Virus record (IMG/VR): IMGVR_UViG_3300045988_178743
Reading direction: 5' to 3' (one strand)
Origin: a virus
Length of the DNA: 43,248 nt
A program made the translations under genes and the position numbers. The notes beneath the pieces are model-generated. The model did not search any database. It was not told the origin of the DNA and was given only the letters and a program-made list of their open reading frames with translations. Each line of letters begins with the position of its first letter. Within the stretch, counting starts at the first letter, position 1. Of the stretch, positions 9,036 through 19,107 are shown piece by piece.

Positions 9036-9391
9036 GCCAAATCTCCATCCAGCCCTTCAAACCGAAGGCTGATCGTTCCGTCTACAGGCTTAAAGGCTGC
9101 ATCACCTACAAGCCACGCATCACTAAGTGTGTAAACCATACCGTTTGCGCATTCAGCAGTGATCGTCATGGATTCACTTTCCATGAGCGTTTCAGTAGGA
9201 AAGTCAGAAGTCACAATGAAGTCGCCTGCGATATAGGGCGTAGCGATCGTCTCCTTGAAGCCAACTGGGCCACCCGTCGAAGCCATCGTCTCACGAGTAA
9301 CTTTTGCCATTGGGAACTCTAGGTTCCCCTGCAGTTCGAGCTGCTGACCGTCCACTTTGAAATAGCAAGTACCTGCTAGTCGCTTACCCAT
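9032..9391 (-). CDS. Tail tube protein (Mu gpM-like)
   Basis: 119 aa, directly downstream of the sheath gene. Confidence 0.75.
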   Translation of the reverse strand: MGKRLAGTCYFKVDGQQLELQGNLEFPMAKVTRETMASTGGPVGFKETIATPYIAGDFIVTSDFPTETLMESESMTITAECANGMVYTLSDAWLVGDAAFKPVDGTISLRFEGLDGDLA

Positions 9392-9394
9392 TTG

Positions 9395-10888
9395 TTATTC
9401 CTCCGCGTACTGAAGACGGAACTGGTTGAGAAGTGCGAAAACACGCAGCTGATTTACATAGTCTGGCGGGAACAGCACATCGAGACGATTTGGATTGTCC
9501 GCATTGCGTTCGACGATGAGGTACTTCTTGAAAAGGTCCCTGTTCTCACAAATGCCTGAGGTCTCTAGACGTGCATATTCAGCTACGAGTTCGCCGCGGA
9601 TCACAGACGGTGTAACTATTGCCTGACCAGCGCCGTAGCGAGTACCGTCGCTCGCGAGCTTATGGCGCGCGTACTTCGACGTGATGATTGATTTGAGTCG
9701 GCGCAGCACGTAGGCAGACGTATGCAGCGTCTCGGAGTCGAGGTAGGACGCATCGGCGTCCCCCATAGAGTTCCTCTGATACGTCGTGATCGCCCTTTCG
9801 ATCTGCACCGTGCCGCTCACAGTCGTGAGCGTGGCGATGCCGTTCTCCAACAGTGTCTGGCGCTCCGTGAGAATGAACCGATTCTGCGTCGGCGAGGCCA
9901 TGACGCCGGTAAGAGCTCCAGTCTGCGTCGGACGGGCCGGATCGGCCGAGATGAAGACAGCAGTGCGCGCGACGTAGGCCGCGAGCACCTCTTCAACCGC
10001 AGTTGGCATCGAAGGCTCGACGCCGACGATCGTCATGTGCTGGTCGTTGCGAGCCGCGCCGAAGGTCTTGAGCTCTTCGAGCGTACCGCGCTTCGCGGTA
10101 TACACGTGACCGTAGATTTGGCGGAAAGGAGACCAACGGCCCGATGTGTCGTTCATCTCTGTCTTGAACGCATCGAGCACGACGGCGTCCGAGTAGGGAC
10201 AACCGATGAAATCGTACTGCTCGTCGCCCATAGCTTCGATTGCCTGATCAATCTCAGGATCAACCGTTCCGCCAGACATTGGCGTGATTGTCACGCTGAT
10301 ACCGGAAGGTGTCGCCTCGCCATTGATGAGACCACGAAGGTTGAGTGCAAGCTGAATGCCATTTCCGATCGTACCCTTCGTTCGTGCTGCAATCGTGCAG
10401 ATTCCGTCAGCGGCACCTGCCGTAACCGGCAGATCCTTTGAAAGAGAGATTGAGTCTGATAGTGCAATCGCGATTTGAGCACCCGTATCACCTTCTTTCA
10501 CGGCCACCAGCAGGCGTTCGCCTCCAATGTAGAAGGAGAGCGTACCGGCCTCGAGGGCGGTTCCTGTAATCTCGACCTTGCCTGCTGCCGCCCCTGCAGA
10601 CTGACCATCGGCTAATGGGATACACACGAGCTGACCGAAGCTGTCGACGGTACGATAGGCATCTACCATACGTGCGAGCATCGAACCGCGACCGAAGAGT
10701 TTCTTCGCCATCGCTACAGTCGAAACTGTCACCGGCACGCCCTCTTCGGCCGTTCCCGACTCAAGCTTCTGACCAATCAATAAACTCTGAGAAGTATTAG
10801 TCGGCGTGTAAGCCGCAGAATTATCCATCTCAGCATAAAAAAGCGGCACTCGAATGCCGCTCGGAATGGTATTGAAAGAAATACTCAT
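9395..10888 (-). CDS. Contractile tail sheath protein (Mu gpL-like)
   Basis: 497 aa. Called from size and position upstream of the tube gene. Confidence 0.8.
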   Translation of the reverse strand: MSISFNTIPSGIRVPLFYAEMDNSAAYTPTNTSQSLLIGQKLESGTAEEGVPVTVSTVAMAKKLFGRGSMLARMVDAYRTVDSFGQLVCIPLADGQSAGAAAGKVEITGTALEAGTLSFYIGGERLLVAVKEGDTGAQIAIALSDSISLSKDLPVTAGAADGICTIAARTKGTIGNGIQLALNLRGLINGEATPSGISVTITPMSGGTVDPEIDQAIEAMGDEQYDFIGCPYSDAVVLDAFKTEMNDTSGRWSPFRQIYGHVYTAKRGTLEELKTFGAARNDQHMTIVGVEPSMPTAVEEVLAAYVARTAVFISADPARPTQTGALTGVMASPTQNRFILTERQTLLENGIATLTTVSGTVQIERAITTYQRNSMGDADASYLDSETLHTSAYVLRRLKSIITSKYARHKLASDGTRYGAGQAIVTPSVIRGELVAEYARLETSGICENRDLFKKYLIVERNADNPNRLDVLFPPDYVNQLRVFALLNQFRLQYAEE

Positions 10889-11451
10889 AGATCCACCTTG
10901 ATATGTCCTTCGAGCCGGCCATCCGGCTGATCTTTCTGCATCGACGGATCAATGCAGTCCACATCGACATCCATGCCATCGAACGGCGACAGGGCATCGA
11001 GCTCGACCTTCTGGTAAGTGTCAGAAGTATCGATGTAGGTCTCAAAAGAAAACTCAAACTGATAGGCAGCACGTGCCGCGTCGATGTAGATGAGAACTCC
11101 GCCTTCGTAGACGATCTCACTGAACTCATCCTTGGGCTTCATGTGCCACGAAAGAATCGCTCGAAAGATCTCTGGACGCAGTACTTCAAGCCACCGACCG
11201 GCATCCTGCCCACGTTCGTCTGCACAGTTCGGCACGACTACGATCACCCCGAAGGTATTCGTAATCACCTGGTAATACCCGTTATTGGACTCCTGCGCTC
11301 CAGCATCCTCACGAAGCGGAGCAACGTAGGCAAAAGGCACGGGCGCATTCTCAGCGCGCTCAAGGCCTGCCCACTGCGCTGCGCCGCCAACCCTCTGGTG
11401 AAAGGAAGGGCAACGCTCTCGCAATGCGCTAATGATTGGATCCAGCTTCAT
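10885..11451 (-). CDS. Tail terminator/completion protein (Gp37/DUF1834-like)
   Basis: 188 aa between the connector genes and the sheath gene, with ATGA coupling. Family assignment is from memory only. Confidence 0.5.
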   Translation of the reverse strand: MKLDPIISALRERCPSFHQRVGGAAQWAGLERAENAPVPFAYVAPLREDAGAQESNNGYYQVITNTFGVIVVVPNCADERGQDAGRWLEVLRPEIFRAILSWHMKPKDEFSEIVYEGGVLIYIDAARAAYQFEFSFETYIDTSDTYQKVELDALSPFDGMDVDVDCIDPSMQKDQPDGRLEGHIKVDL

Positions 11452-11912
11452 ACAATCCCCGGCTTAATGGCGTTTGCTAGCGCGTTTGCCATCGTTTCAT
11501 GAAATGTTCCTGAATACTGCTCGGCCGCTGCTGGAACAAAGTTCTTACGCGGCTTCGCTACCTTCTCACCTGGTCGTTTTTTGTGACGCCGGGATTGCTC
11601 CAGCGTTTCTGATCCTGGCCCACGATGCCCATAAACGACAAATGCCGGGTAATAAACCGGCATTCGCTGAGTCTTCGTCGGATAAACCGCGACGGAGTAG
11701 CCTGATCGGGACACTTTGACGCGTAGAGAGCGTTGCATTTCACCAGAGTCGCGGCCCGGAAAGTCACCAGCCTCGGAAACAGACCGTCGCGAAATCAACT
11801 TTCTGGCAAGTTTACGAACGTCATTACCTGCTTTCCGGAGTGGCTTACGCAACTCTTTCGAGTCGTAATCAATCGTTCGAAATCCAGGATCGACGCGTGT
11901 TTGAACCAACAT
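11448..11912 (-). CDS. Head-tail connector/tail completion protein, HK97 gp10-like
   Basis: The start is trimmed to MLVQTRVDPGF. The motif GEMQRSLRVKVSRSGYSVAVY...YYPAFVVYG resembles the HK97 gp10 family. Confidence 0.6.
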   Translation of the reverse strand: MLVQTRVDPGFRTIDYDSKELRKPLRKAGNDVRKLARKLISRRSVSEAGDFPGRDSGEMQRSLRVKVSRSGYSVAVYPTKTQRMPVYYPAFVVYGHRGPGSETLEQSRRHKKRPGEKVAKPRKNFVPAAAEQYSGTFHETMANALANAIKPGIV

Positions 11913-12261
11913 TTGCTTTCTCCTCGACGTCAAGCACAGTGAACCGGTTGACCCCGCCAAGATCAGCAACGCGCTGCACGCGGTAGCGAATGCCGTCAAC
12001 CTCAAGCTCAACCACCCCGGCGAAGTCCTGCGGGCGAGTGCGACCATTAATGCGACGTACCGTGATGCGGTGCGTCACGCCGGAATCGACCTGCTTCGCG
12101 CCCCAGTAGATAGTCGCGCCCACGGGTTCGATCTTCCCCCAGACCTCATCCTCGTGAGCTGTCGCCTTCGAGAAGCCTAGGCGATCATCCGGGAGATGGA
12201 CGGTGAAGAAGATCTTCACGCGGCGGTTGAGCTCTCCAATCTGCGGAAGATTCATAGCCAC
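11869..12261 (-). CDS. Head-tail adaptor (head closure) protein
   Basis: 130 aa. The pattern VWGKIEP...THRITVRR...RYRVQRV is typical of the Phage_H_T_join family. Confidence 0.65.
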   Translation of the reverse strand: MAMNLPQIGELNRRVKIFFTVHLPDDRLGFSKATAHEDEVWGKIEPVGATIYWGAKQVDSGVTHRITVRRINGRTRPQDFAGVVELEVDGIRYRVQRVADLGGVNRFTVLDVEEKANVGSNTRRSWISND

Positions 12262-12593
12262 ACCCTGTAGGGATCAAGCAGCGCATTAACGAATGGCAAT
12301 GGCTTGAGCTCTCCGGCAGTTGCGGCCTGGCGCTGTTCGTAGAAGTGTGCAACCTGAACCAAGATCCACTGTCGGATGCCCGCTGGGATGTCTTCAGCAT
12401 TGGTGCCGAATCCTTCGACTCCATCACGAGTGATTAGACCACGTTGAAGCTCGTGTTCAGCCATCTGCGTAGCAGCTAACACGAGACTGCGGATGAGATC
12501 ATCGTCCCCGTGCCAGTCCACGCGAAGGTGCTCCTTTGCGGCCTCGAGGCTCACTGCCCCGACGGCCGTTGAGGTGTCGATCGTCATCCGCAT
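12252..12593 (-). CDS. Head-tail connector, gp6-like
   Basis: 113 aa. The motif SLEAAKEHLRVDWHGDDDLIRSLVLAAT is typical of gp6-like connector proteins. Confidence 0.7.
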   Translation of the reverse strand: MRMTIDTSTAVGAVSLEAAKEHLRVDWHGDDDLIRSLVLAATQMAEHELQRGLITRDGVEGFGTNAEDIPAGIRQWILVQVAHFYEQRQAATAGELKPLPFVNALLDPYRVWL

Positions 12594-12599
12594 CTCCGT

Positions 12600-13763
12600 T
12601 TATTTCGTCGAGACTGGAAGTACGAGATCTCCACCACAGAGAGCTTTAGGACGCTCGACGCCAAAGCCGAGACGACGCTCTGCACGGATCGTAACCAAAT
12701 TCTTCTGTACGTTATCCATGTCCTGTTCGAACATCTCGACAGTCATGCCCTGGCGCGGCCAAAGCGTGGCGGCCTGCGTGAAGTCGCCAACGAGGAACTT
12801 CTTCTGCGGGATTGCCGGCGTCGGCCAGATCGGCAGGCCCCAGAGAGCCTTCGGAGCAATTGAGGCAGGATGACCGAGATAGTAGTCGCCCGAGCTGTTC
12901 TTCTCCATCTGCAGCCGCGACCAGTCGACCGGATTCAGAAGAATCACGTTCGGACGGAAGAAAGCCTGTTCAACCTTCGTCTTCGCGTGAAGGATAAGAT
13001 CAAACAGCGTCGCGCTCTTCGCAGGAAGATCGTCGGTCGTCGCGTCATGCGGCGTGTACTGTCCGGCAGCAAAAATGCCAAGCAAATGATTCGTCGAGCC
13101 GTCGCCGGAAACAAGTTCGTCTTCGACGACTAGATCAACGCCGTAAACAAGTCGCTGATTGATGTACGCGGCGAGCGCGGGTCCGTCAGCCATCAGCTGC
13201 TTCGAAACGCGAGCCATATGCGCGATCGTCTGGATCGTGCCCTGCTTGAGGGCGTACCCAGTCGAGCCGAAGGGCTTCTGACCACCTTCAGGGACGAAGG
13301 CCGCGCCATTTACGAGCTTCGTCTCGTCTTCCATCACGTACTCGTACGCATTGGTGGTGATCGGAATCGTCGGGAAGAGCGATTCGATTGTGAGCGGACG
13401 GTACGCACCGGCAAGAATTCCGGGGCGGCGGTAAGCCTGAACGACACCGCCGGCCGGGGTGGTGATCGGATTCTGTGCCTCAGCCTTCGTATCAACCTGT
13501 TCGTCAATATCAAAACGAGCACGGCCAGCACGACCAGCAACCATCGCCTTAAAGTTCTCACTTTCGACGAACATTTCACCGGCCGACTTCATGCGGACGG
13601 CCTCTTGCACCTTAACGCCCTTCTGTTGCACGTCAAGCAACTGTCGCGCAAGCTTCGTCTGTTCTTCACCGAGACGCTTGAGCTCAGCTTTGTTCGATTC
13701 GGAGGTAGCTGCCATCTTTTCTTCGATGCGGTCGATGGCCTCCATGATGTCCTTCGTTTCCAT
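12600..13763 (-). CDS. Major capsid protein, HK97 family
   Basis: 387 aa from METKDIMEAIDRIEEK (coiled delta-like N-terminus). It follows the prohead protease gene. Confidence 0.85.
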   Translation of the reverse strand: METKDIMEAIDRIEEKMAATSESNKAELKRLGEEQTKLARQLLDVQQKGVKVQEAVRMKSAGEMFVESENFKAMVAGRAGRARFDIDEQVDTKAEAQNPITTPAGGVVQAYRRPGILAGAYRPLTIESLFPTIPITTNAYEYVMEDETKLVNGAAFVPEGGQKPFGSTGYALKQGTIQTIAHMARVSKQLMADGPALAAYINQRLVYGVDLVVEDELVSGDGSTNHLLGIFAAGQYTPHDATTDDLPAKSATLFDLILHAKTKVEQAFFRPNVILLNPVDWSRLQMEKNSSGDYYLGHPASIAPKALWGLPIWPTPAIPQKKFLVGDFTQAATLWPRQGMTVEMFEQDMDNVQKNLVTIRAERRLGFGVERPKALCGGDLVLPVSTK

Positions 13764-13776
13764 TTTCGGTTCCTTG

Positions 13777-14451
13777 CTAGATGGATTCCTCGAGCTTCTT
13801 GAGTCGCTCGAGTAGGTCTTTGGATGCCTTCTCTTCGGCCTCAGCCTCCCGCTGATCCAAGAAAAGTTTCCGGGATTTAGCGACGATTGCCGTCGCCATC
13901 GACTTCGAGAAACCGCCTGCATCCCGCAGGAAGTTCTCTAGATTTCGAATAGAGTCAATTTCGTCGAGGTCTTCGGACCTAACATCAGTGATGCGCGCCG
14001 CATCGTCTGCGGGGTAGCTCACGATCGATATTTCGAGGAGCCGACCGATCGACTTATACTCACGACCGCCACCATCAAGCTCTCGGCATTCAGCACCACG
14101 AGAAGAGAAGCCAACAGAAAGTCCATCGACAGTTCCATGCTTGAGAGCTGCGAGCACGGCATCAGACTGTGGATTGCCCGGCGTAAGCTCACCCTCGACG
14201 AGAAGCCCTTTTTCATCCTCGGCCGCAAACGTCCACTTGCCGATCGGCAAGTCCCACCGATGTCCGAAGAACATCTTCGGCATACCGTAGGTCTCAAGAG
14301 ACTTCTTATAGGCACCGGGAAGAATCACGTCGCCATAACTATCCTTGCCGTTGAAGACAGAAGCGTAGCCACGGAACTTTCTCGTGCTCCCTTCCATCAT
14401 CTTTAGCTCAACATCCTGAAGCGGGATGCTTTTGTACTGCACTGCCATCAC
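13777..14451 (-). CDS. Prohead protease, HK97 family
   Basis: 224 aa. The motif FRGYASVFNGKDSYGDVILPGAYKKSL is typical of the S78/U35 protease family. Confidence 0.85.
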   Translation of the reverse strand: MMAVQYKSIPLQDVELKMMEGSTRKFRGYASVFNGKDSYGDVILPGAYKKSLETYGMPKMFFGHRWDLPIGKWTFAAEDEKGLLVEGELTPGNPQSDAVLAALKHGTVDGLSVGFSSRGAECRELDGGGREYKSIGRLLEISIVSYPADDAARITDVRSEDLDEIDSIRNLENFLRDAGGFSKSMATAIVAKSRKLFLDQREAEAEEKASKDLLERLKKLEESI

Positions 14452-15680
14452 TGCCTCACAGGTTCGCCGTTTACAGGCGAATTAGCCGGTTGCACCTTTC
14501 CAAGTCGATGCAGCGGCACCAAGTTACTCTGAGCTGTGAGATCGTCACCGCCCGGAACAGGCGGGAGATTCTCCAGCTTCCGAATCTCGTTACGGCTCAT
14601 CACGCCGTTTTGGGCCATCTGAGAGTAGAACGCCGCACGTGTCTGTTGATCTGTGCGAAGGAAGGCGTCAGTCTTGAACTCGATTGTGAGTTCTGTTTGA
14701 TCGACTCCGATCAACCGACGCTCAAGAGCCTGCTCGAGCTGCTTACAGAGCGGCCCAATGGTGTATGTGTGAAAGCCTTTCGTGATCTGCTCGATCCTAG
14801 AGCCCCACGTGGTTACACCGCTTGCTCCTACAAGCACACTCGGTACGCCAAACCAACGGCAGATTTCCTCTACCGAAAAACGTCTCGTCTCAAGAAGCTG
14901 AGCGTCCGCCGGCGAAAGCGACATCTGCGTGTACTTCAGACCGCGATCAGCGATGATCAGGCCGCCAGTGCTCGATGTCATCTGTACCTTGAAGCGACTC
15001 ATCAGATTCTTCAGCTGATTCTCGTTGAGAGCGCTGTCGGTATACAACACGCCCGTCGGCTTGCTGCCTTTTCCAAAGAGTGCATTTGCGTTCTCTTGTG
15101 CATGCACAGCTTCGTTCATCGAAGCTCGCATGAACTCGAGCTTTGAGAGCCCCATGAACCCGTTGCCAATACCCTTCCAATGAATGACGTTTTCAGGCGC
15201 CCAGACCGAAATCGCGCCGTCCTGATAGTAGGTGTAGACCTCACCTCCCCCCACGACAGAAACTTCCATCTGATCTGGAGACACCGGAATGAGCGCAATG
15301 GGTTCTCCGGAACTGTCACGCTCAATACGTGCGTATGCATTTCCTCTAAGTAAACGGTTAACAGTCATCGCAGAGTAGAACTCAGATGGTGTCATCCATG
15401 CATTTGGACGCTCATGAAGGAGCATCCATAGGCGACTGCTGCGAGCCGGTACACGACCTCCACCTTCGTCTGCGTAGACAAAGAGTGGCAACGTCCCAAT
15501 TGTGTTCGCCAAAAGCTCAACACACGCATACACCGCAGAAATTTGCAGTGCAACATCTGACGGAATCTCTCGCGTCTGATCAATCACCGGCGCGAGAGGT
15601 AGCGGCACCTGCATCCCTGATGCAGTCCCGAGCGGACCTCCCCAACTCGTGATCCAGTTGACCAACCGGCGAACGAACAT
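14448..15680 (-). CDS. Portal protein, HK97 family
   Basis: 410 aa with an SAVYACVELLANTIGTLPLFVY-type motif. Position after TerL fits. Confidence 0.85.
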   Translation of the reverse strand: MFVRRLVNWITSWGGPLGTASGMQVPLPLAPVIDQTREIPSDVALQISAVYACVELLANTIGTLPLFVYADEGGGRVPARSSRLWMLLHERPNAWMTPSEFYSAMTVNRLLRGNAYARIERDSSGEPIALIPVSPDQMEVSVVGGGEVYTYYQDGAISVWAPENVIHWKGIGNGFMGLSKLEFMRASMNEAVHAQENANALFGKGSKPTGVLYTDSALNENQLKNLMSRFKVQMTSSTGGLIIADRGLKYTQMSLSPADAQLLETRRFSVEEICRWFGVPSVLVGASGVTTWGSRIEQITKGFHTYTIGPLCKQLEQALERRLIGVDQTELTIEFKTDAFLRTDQQTRAAFYSQMAQNGVMSRNEIRKLENLPPVPGGDDLTAQSNLVPLHRLGKVQPANSPVNGEPVRQ

Positions 15681-15685
15681 CTAAG

Positions 15686-17386
15686 TCACCATGAAAAAAA
15701 GGTTTGATCGGACGACTCTACAAAGCCAGCCCATCGGTCGTTGTCATCAACGATTGCGTTGCCGAGTCCCATAATTAGTGCGACTACACCATCGATCTTC
15801 TCTTCGTAGCGCTCTTTGCGCGGAAAGATGTTGTCCTTCGCGTCAACCTTCGCAACAACGTTGCCCATCATCCAAGTGAGCACCGGGTTACCGTCGTGGC
15901 AAATACGGTGATCGAGAACAAGTGCTTCGAGTGATTTCATCGGGTCCGACATGTTCTGCACGGTATTCCGGCACTCGATCATCGGCGCATCGTCCTCTGC
16001 GAGCGATGTAGCAAGCTGTGTTGCCTGCCACGGGTCATAAACAATGGCACTGACCTCGTATCGAGAGAGATCAAGTCGCAAATCCTCCTCAACCACGTTG
16101 AAGTCGGTCATCGCACCTTCTGTAACGATCAGATAACCCTCTTCAGCCCACCCCACGTACTGAGAGTTTGTGGACTGTTCTACTGCGCGACGCGGCAGAT
16201 AACACTGACAGAAGACGGCGTAGGTCGTACGGCCCTCATCATCTTCACCGGGGAAAATCAAGACCTTCGCCGTCAAGTCAGATTTTGAGCCAAGGTCAAG
16301 GCCGATAAAGCACTTACGCCCCTCGAAATCCGTGATGGACATCTCTGGCACTTCGCAGCGTTTCCACGCCTGCATATCCATCCATGCTGTTGAAGCGGAG
16401 CACCATACATTGAGATGCTTTGTTTTGAAGTTGTTCATCGCCGATGGCAGCGCTATTGCTTTCTTTTGCAGCGACAGAACCATCTCTGGCATTACTGAGA
16501 CGCCCCAATTCGGGTTCGCCTTCATGAGCGCTTCCTCAGTAGTCCAATCATCACCGTCGTCAAGACCATAGATGATTCCAAACTGAGTCTCATCACTGAT
16601 CTCTTTTCCTAGCACTCGTGTGACCATCATGCGCACTTCGTAGCAGATACCCGAAGTATCAAAGCCGGCAGTCGTAATGACCCAAAGCAACGAGTTCAGG
16701 CGCTTACCTAAGGACGTTTCCACTACGTCATAGACATCACGTGTCTTGTGAGCATGCAACTCATCAATGACCGCCAAGTGAGTGTTTAAGCCGTCCAGCG
16801 TTGATCCTTCCGCACTCTTGGCTTGAAAAGTAGAGTTTGTCGATGGTACATAAAGGGCATTGGCCAAAACTTCCAAACCGAAGCGTTGGCGCAGCGGCTC
16901 GTTTTGTTTGGCCATCTGCTTCGCGTCACCGAAGACGATCTTCGCCTGATCACGAGTTGTCGCGAAACTGTAGACCTCTGCACCAGGTTCTTTATCGGCA
17001 ACAAGACAATAGAGGCCCACACCACTTGACAGACTGGATTTGCCGTTCCCCCGTGGCACTTCAATGTAGACGCGCCGAAATCGACGACCGCCATCAGCAC
17101 GTCGACGCCATCCGAAACTTGTCGTCAGGATGAAGATCTGCCAAGGCTCGAGCACGATTCTTTTCCCAGCGAGCGCGCCCTTAGTGTGTGTCAGGAGCTC
17201 AATGAACCGACAAACTTCGTTTCCCTTAGCGTCATTGAAAATGTAAAGACCTGAAGCTGCGAATCGCTCCAGGTCTTCTTTTTGGCGTTGACACGCAAGC
17301 TTGACCCACTCGCATGCAACGATCACTCCAGAAAGCACGCCCTCCATGTACTGGCGAGCGATACCACAGTAATTCTTAGAAACCAT
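15686..17386 (-). CDS. terL: Terminase large subunit
   Basis: 566 aa with a Walker-A-like VPRGNGKSS. Size and synteny match Terminase_1. Confidence 0.9.
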   Translation of the reverse strand: MVSKNYCGIARQYMEGVLSGVIVACEWVKLACQRQKEDLERFAASGLYIFNDAKGNEVCRFIELLTHTKGALAGKRIVLEPWQIFILTTSFGWRRRADGGRRFRRVYIEVPRGNGKSSLSSGVGLYCLVADKEPGAEVYSFATTRDQAKIVFGDAKQMAKQNEPLRQRFGLEVLANALYVPSTNSTFQAKSAEGSTLDGLNTHLAVIDELHAHKTRDVYDVVETSLGKRLNSLLWVITTAGFDTSGICYEVRMMVTRVLGKEISDETQFGIIYGLDDGDDWTTEEALMKANPNWGVSVMPEMVLSLQKKAIALPSAMNNFKTKHLNVWCSASTAWMDMQAWKRCEVPEMSITDFEGRKCFIGLDLGSKSDLTAKVLIFPGEDDEGRTTYAVFCQCYLPRRAVEQSTNSQYVGWAEEGYLIVTEGAMTDFNVVEEDLRLDLSRYEVSAIVYDPWQATQLATSLAEDDAPMIECRNTVQNMSDPMKSLEALVLDHRICHDGNPVLTWMMGNVVAKVDAKDNIFPRKERYEEKIDGVVALIMGLGNAIVDDNDRWAGFVESSDQTFFSW

Positions 17387-17834
17387 CGAATTCGTTCACT
17401 GGTTCATCTTTTGTCGCAACGTTCACGCGCGCGCGCGAAGAAGGCGTAAAACCGAGCTCCCTTTCGCAAGCAAGTAAGACTGTCTGAATCTGAACAAGTA
17501 GCTTTGCATCAGGATTCAATTCACGCCGTACGGTACCGTCAGTTTTCTCTGTGACGATCGTCGTGCCGTCGTGGTCAACAGCTTTAGCGAGCTTGCGATA
17601 GAGCGCGTAATTTCGCGCCCATCTTTCGAGTACGGTGAAATCGGTAACCGCCAATAGACCTTTCGGCGCATTTTCGACAGCGATCCTCCACGCCTCACGT
17701 GCTTCCTTCGTCAAACACTTCGGTGGTTGAGAAGAAAGTTCCGTGTTCGTTTTGGCTTGCACTTCTAGTGAACGACACGGCTGAAAAGTTCCGAGCGCTT
17801 TTTTCTCGGCGTCCGGTTTCCTCGGTCGTCCCAT
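17376..17834 (-). CDS. terS: Terminase small subunit, P27 family
   Basis: 152 aa with an MGRPRKP... start and ELGFTPSSRARV near the C-terminus. Confidence 0.8.
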   Translation of the reverse strand: MGRPRKPDAEKKALGTFQPCRSLEVQAKTNTELSSQPPKCLTKEAREAWRIAVENAPKGLLAVTDFTVLERWARNYALYRKLAKAVDHDGTTIVTEKTDGTVRRELNPDAKLLVQIQTVLLACERELGFTPSSRARVNVATKDEPVNEFDGF

Positions 17835-17885
17835 AGCTGAAACCTATCGATTTTGCATGCGTAAAAATTTAGGTAGGGGCGCGGT

Positions 17886-18320
17886 CTAGAACGCTTTCGG
17901 CGGGACTTTTGACCCGCCCCTCCCCCTCGAATTCCCGAAGCCGCCATCCTCTCGTGCAGTCTTCTTCGAGTGACACCGATGACAGAGCGGCTGAAGATTG
18001 CTCTCATCCCACATCAAGTCTTGATCACCTCGATGCGGTTGGATGTGGTCAACGTCGGTGGCAGGTGTAACCCTGCCGAGCCTGGCGCAGTCTACGCAGA
18101 GCGGATGCTCGCGGAGAAAGCGAGCCCGAAGCCGCTGCCACCGGGCGCCATAGCCTCTTGCCGAGGCGGAACCCTTGAGCGCTTCTCGGCGCCGATCCCT
18201 CTGGCGGTGTTCGGTTTGCTGTCGGCGTGCCGCATCTTCTTTATGCTTCTCGCAAAAGTCCTCACCACGCGGCACCGGATGCCGACAACCAGGATGTTTG
18301 CATAGAGTAAAGAGAGGCAT
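17886..18320 (-). CDS. HNH endonuclease (packaging-associated)
   Basis: The motifs CVDCARLGR...DHIQPH...NLQPLCHRCHSKKT are present, upstream of terS as in HK97-like cos phages. The start is trimmed to MPLFTLCKHPGC. Confidence 0.85.
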   Translation of the reverse strand: MPLFTLCKHPGCRHPVPRGEDFCEKHKEDAARRQQTEHRQRDRRREALKGSASARGYGARWQRLRARFLREHPLCVDCARLGRVTPATDVDHIQPHRGDQDLMWDESNLQPLCHRCHSKKTAREDGGFGNSRGRGGSKVPPKAF

Positions 18321-18322
18321 GT

Positions 18323-18679
18323 ATGGACCAACTCGAAGACCTAGTAAAGGATTTCCAAACACCCAAAGTCGCCAAAGTGAATCTCAAAGCTCTTCGAGAT
18401 CGAGATGAAGCCAGCGGCAGATTAGTGGTTGATGCTTTCACACCGCGATTCGTGGACTTGGAGCAGCGTTTAGATCGTTTGGAACGCAATTCCCGAAAAA
18501 CCTTCCGCCGGACGGTCCTTGCCGGGATCATCGGCGGATTCGGTGCGGCAGCACTTTGGGCGGCTGCTTCCTATTTGCTCAAGAGGTATGTCATCACACC
18601 TGACACAACGCCAGCTACAACACCAACGACCACTGCACATAAAAGCCACAACGCTTCAAATGACATGGCAACCCCCTAG
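18323..18679 (+). CDS. Hypothetical membrane-anchored protein, encoded antisense to the late operon
   Basis: 118 aa with a coiled-coil-like N-terminus, one TM segment (VLAGIIGGFGAAALWAAASYLL) and a Thr/Pro-rich tail. The opposite-strand ORF here looks like noise. Confidence 0.5.
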   Translation: MDQLEDLVKDFQTPKVAKVNLKALRDRDEASGRLVVDAFTPRFVDLEQRLDRLERNSRKTFRRTVLAGIIGGFGAAALWAAASYLLKRYVITPDTTPATTPTTTAHKSHNASNDMATP

Positions 18680-18697
18680 AAATTGTGTCTACATGGA

Positions 18698-19048
18698 TCA
18701 AGGCACCTGAGGCGCGGGCTGAGGCGCCTGCACCGGCGTCGCAACCTCTTCCTTCTTGTCATCAGTCAGAGCATCGTAGACCGCGCTGCCCGCCATGGAG
18801 CCAACTGCAGCACCTGCCACGCCGCTCCAGAAGCCGCCGCCCGAAGAACTTGAGGGCGCCGACTGGATGATCGTCGTGTTCTTCTTGATGACCGTGGTTC
18901 GGCTCGGCGCATAGACGCGAGCCGGCGCCGACTTCGAGAACGACCTACCCCCGCTGAAGCCGCGGGCGCCGCCGAAGCCGCCGCGGGCTTCTACGGCAGT
19001 GGTCGCAACAAGAGCAGCTACAGCAGTGAGCACCAGCAACTTCTTCAT
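18698..19048 (-). CDS. Secreted glycine-rich / glycine-zipper protein
   Basis: 116 aa with signal peptide MKKLLVLTAVAALVATTAVEA, GGFGGARGFSGG repeats and GVAGAAVGSMAGSAV. It is the first ORF after the post-Q terminator. Confidence 0.6.
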   Translation of the reverse strand: MKKLLVLTAVAALVATTAVEARGGFGGARGFSGGRSFSKSAPARVYAPSRTTVIKKNTTIIQSAPSSSSGGGFWSGVAGAAVGSMAGSAVYDALTDDKKEEVATPVQAPQPAPQVP

Positions 19049-19070
19049 GACAGATCCTTAAGCAACAACG

Positions 19071-19107
19071 CAAAAAGCCCGCACTCAATCTCAATCGAGC
19101 CGGGCTT
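19071..19107 (-). terminator. Intrinsic terminator between the Q-like gene and the late genes (tR'-like)
   Basis: Minus sense: AAGCCCG...CGGGCTT stem followed by TTTTTG. Confidence 0.6.

Noticed and set aside
9722-10441. Long antisense ORFs inside structural genes (for example 9722..10441, 10903..11502, 13218..13802, 14490..15146, 6101..6649, 37167..37862)
   Set aside because: They are shadow ORFs opposite well-supported genes. Their composition is Arg/Ser/Leu-rich and low in complexity, and they lack motifs and plausible starts.
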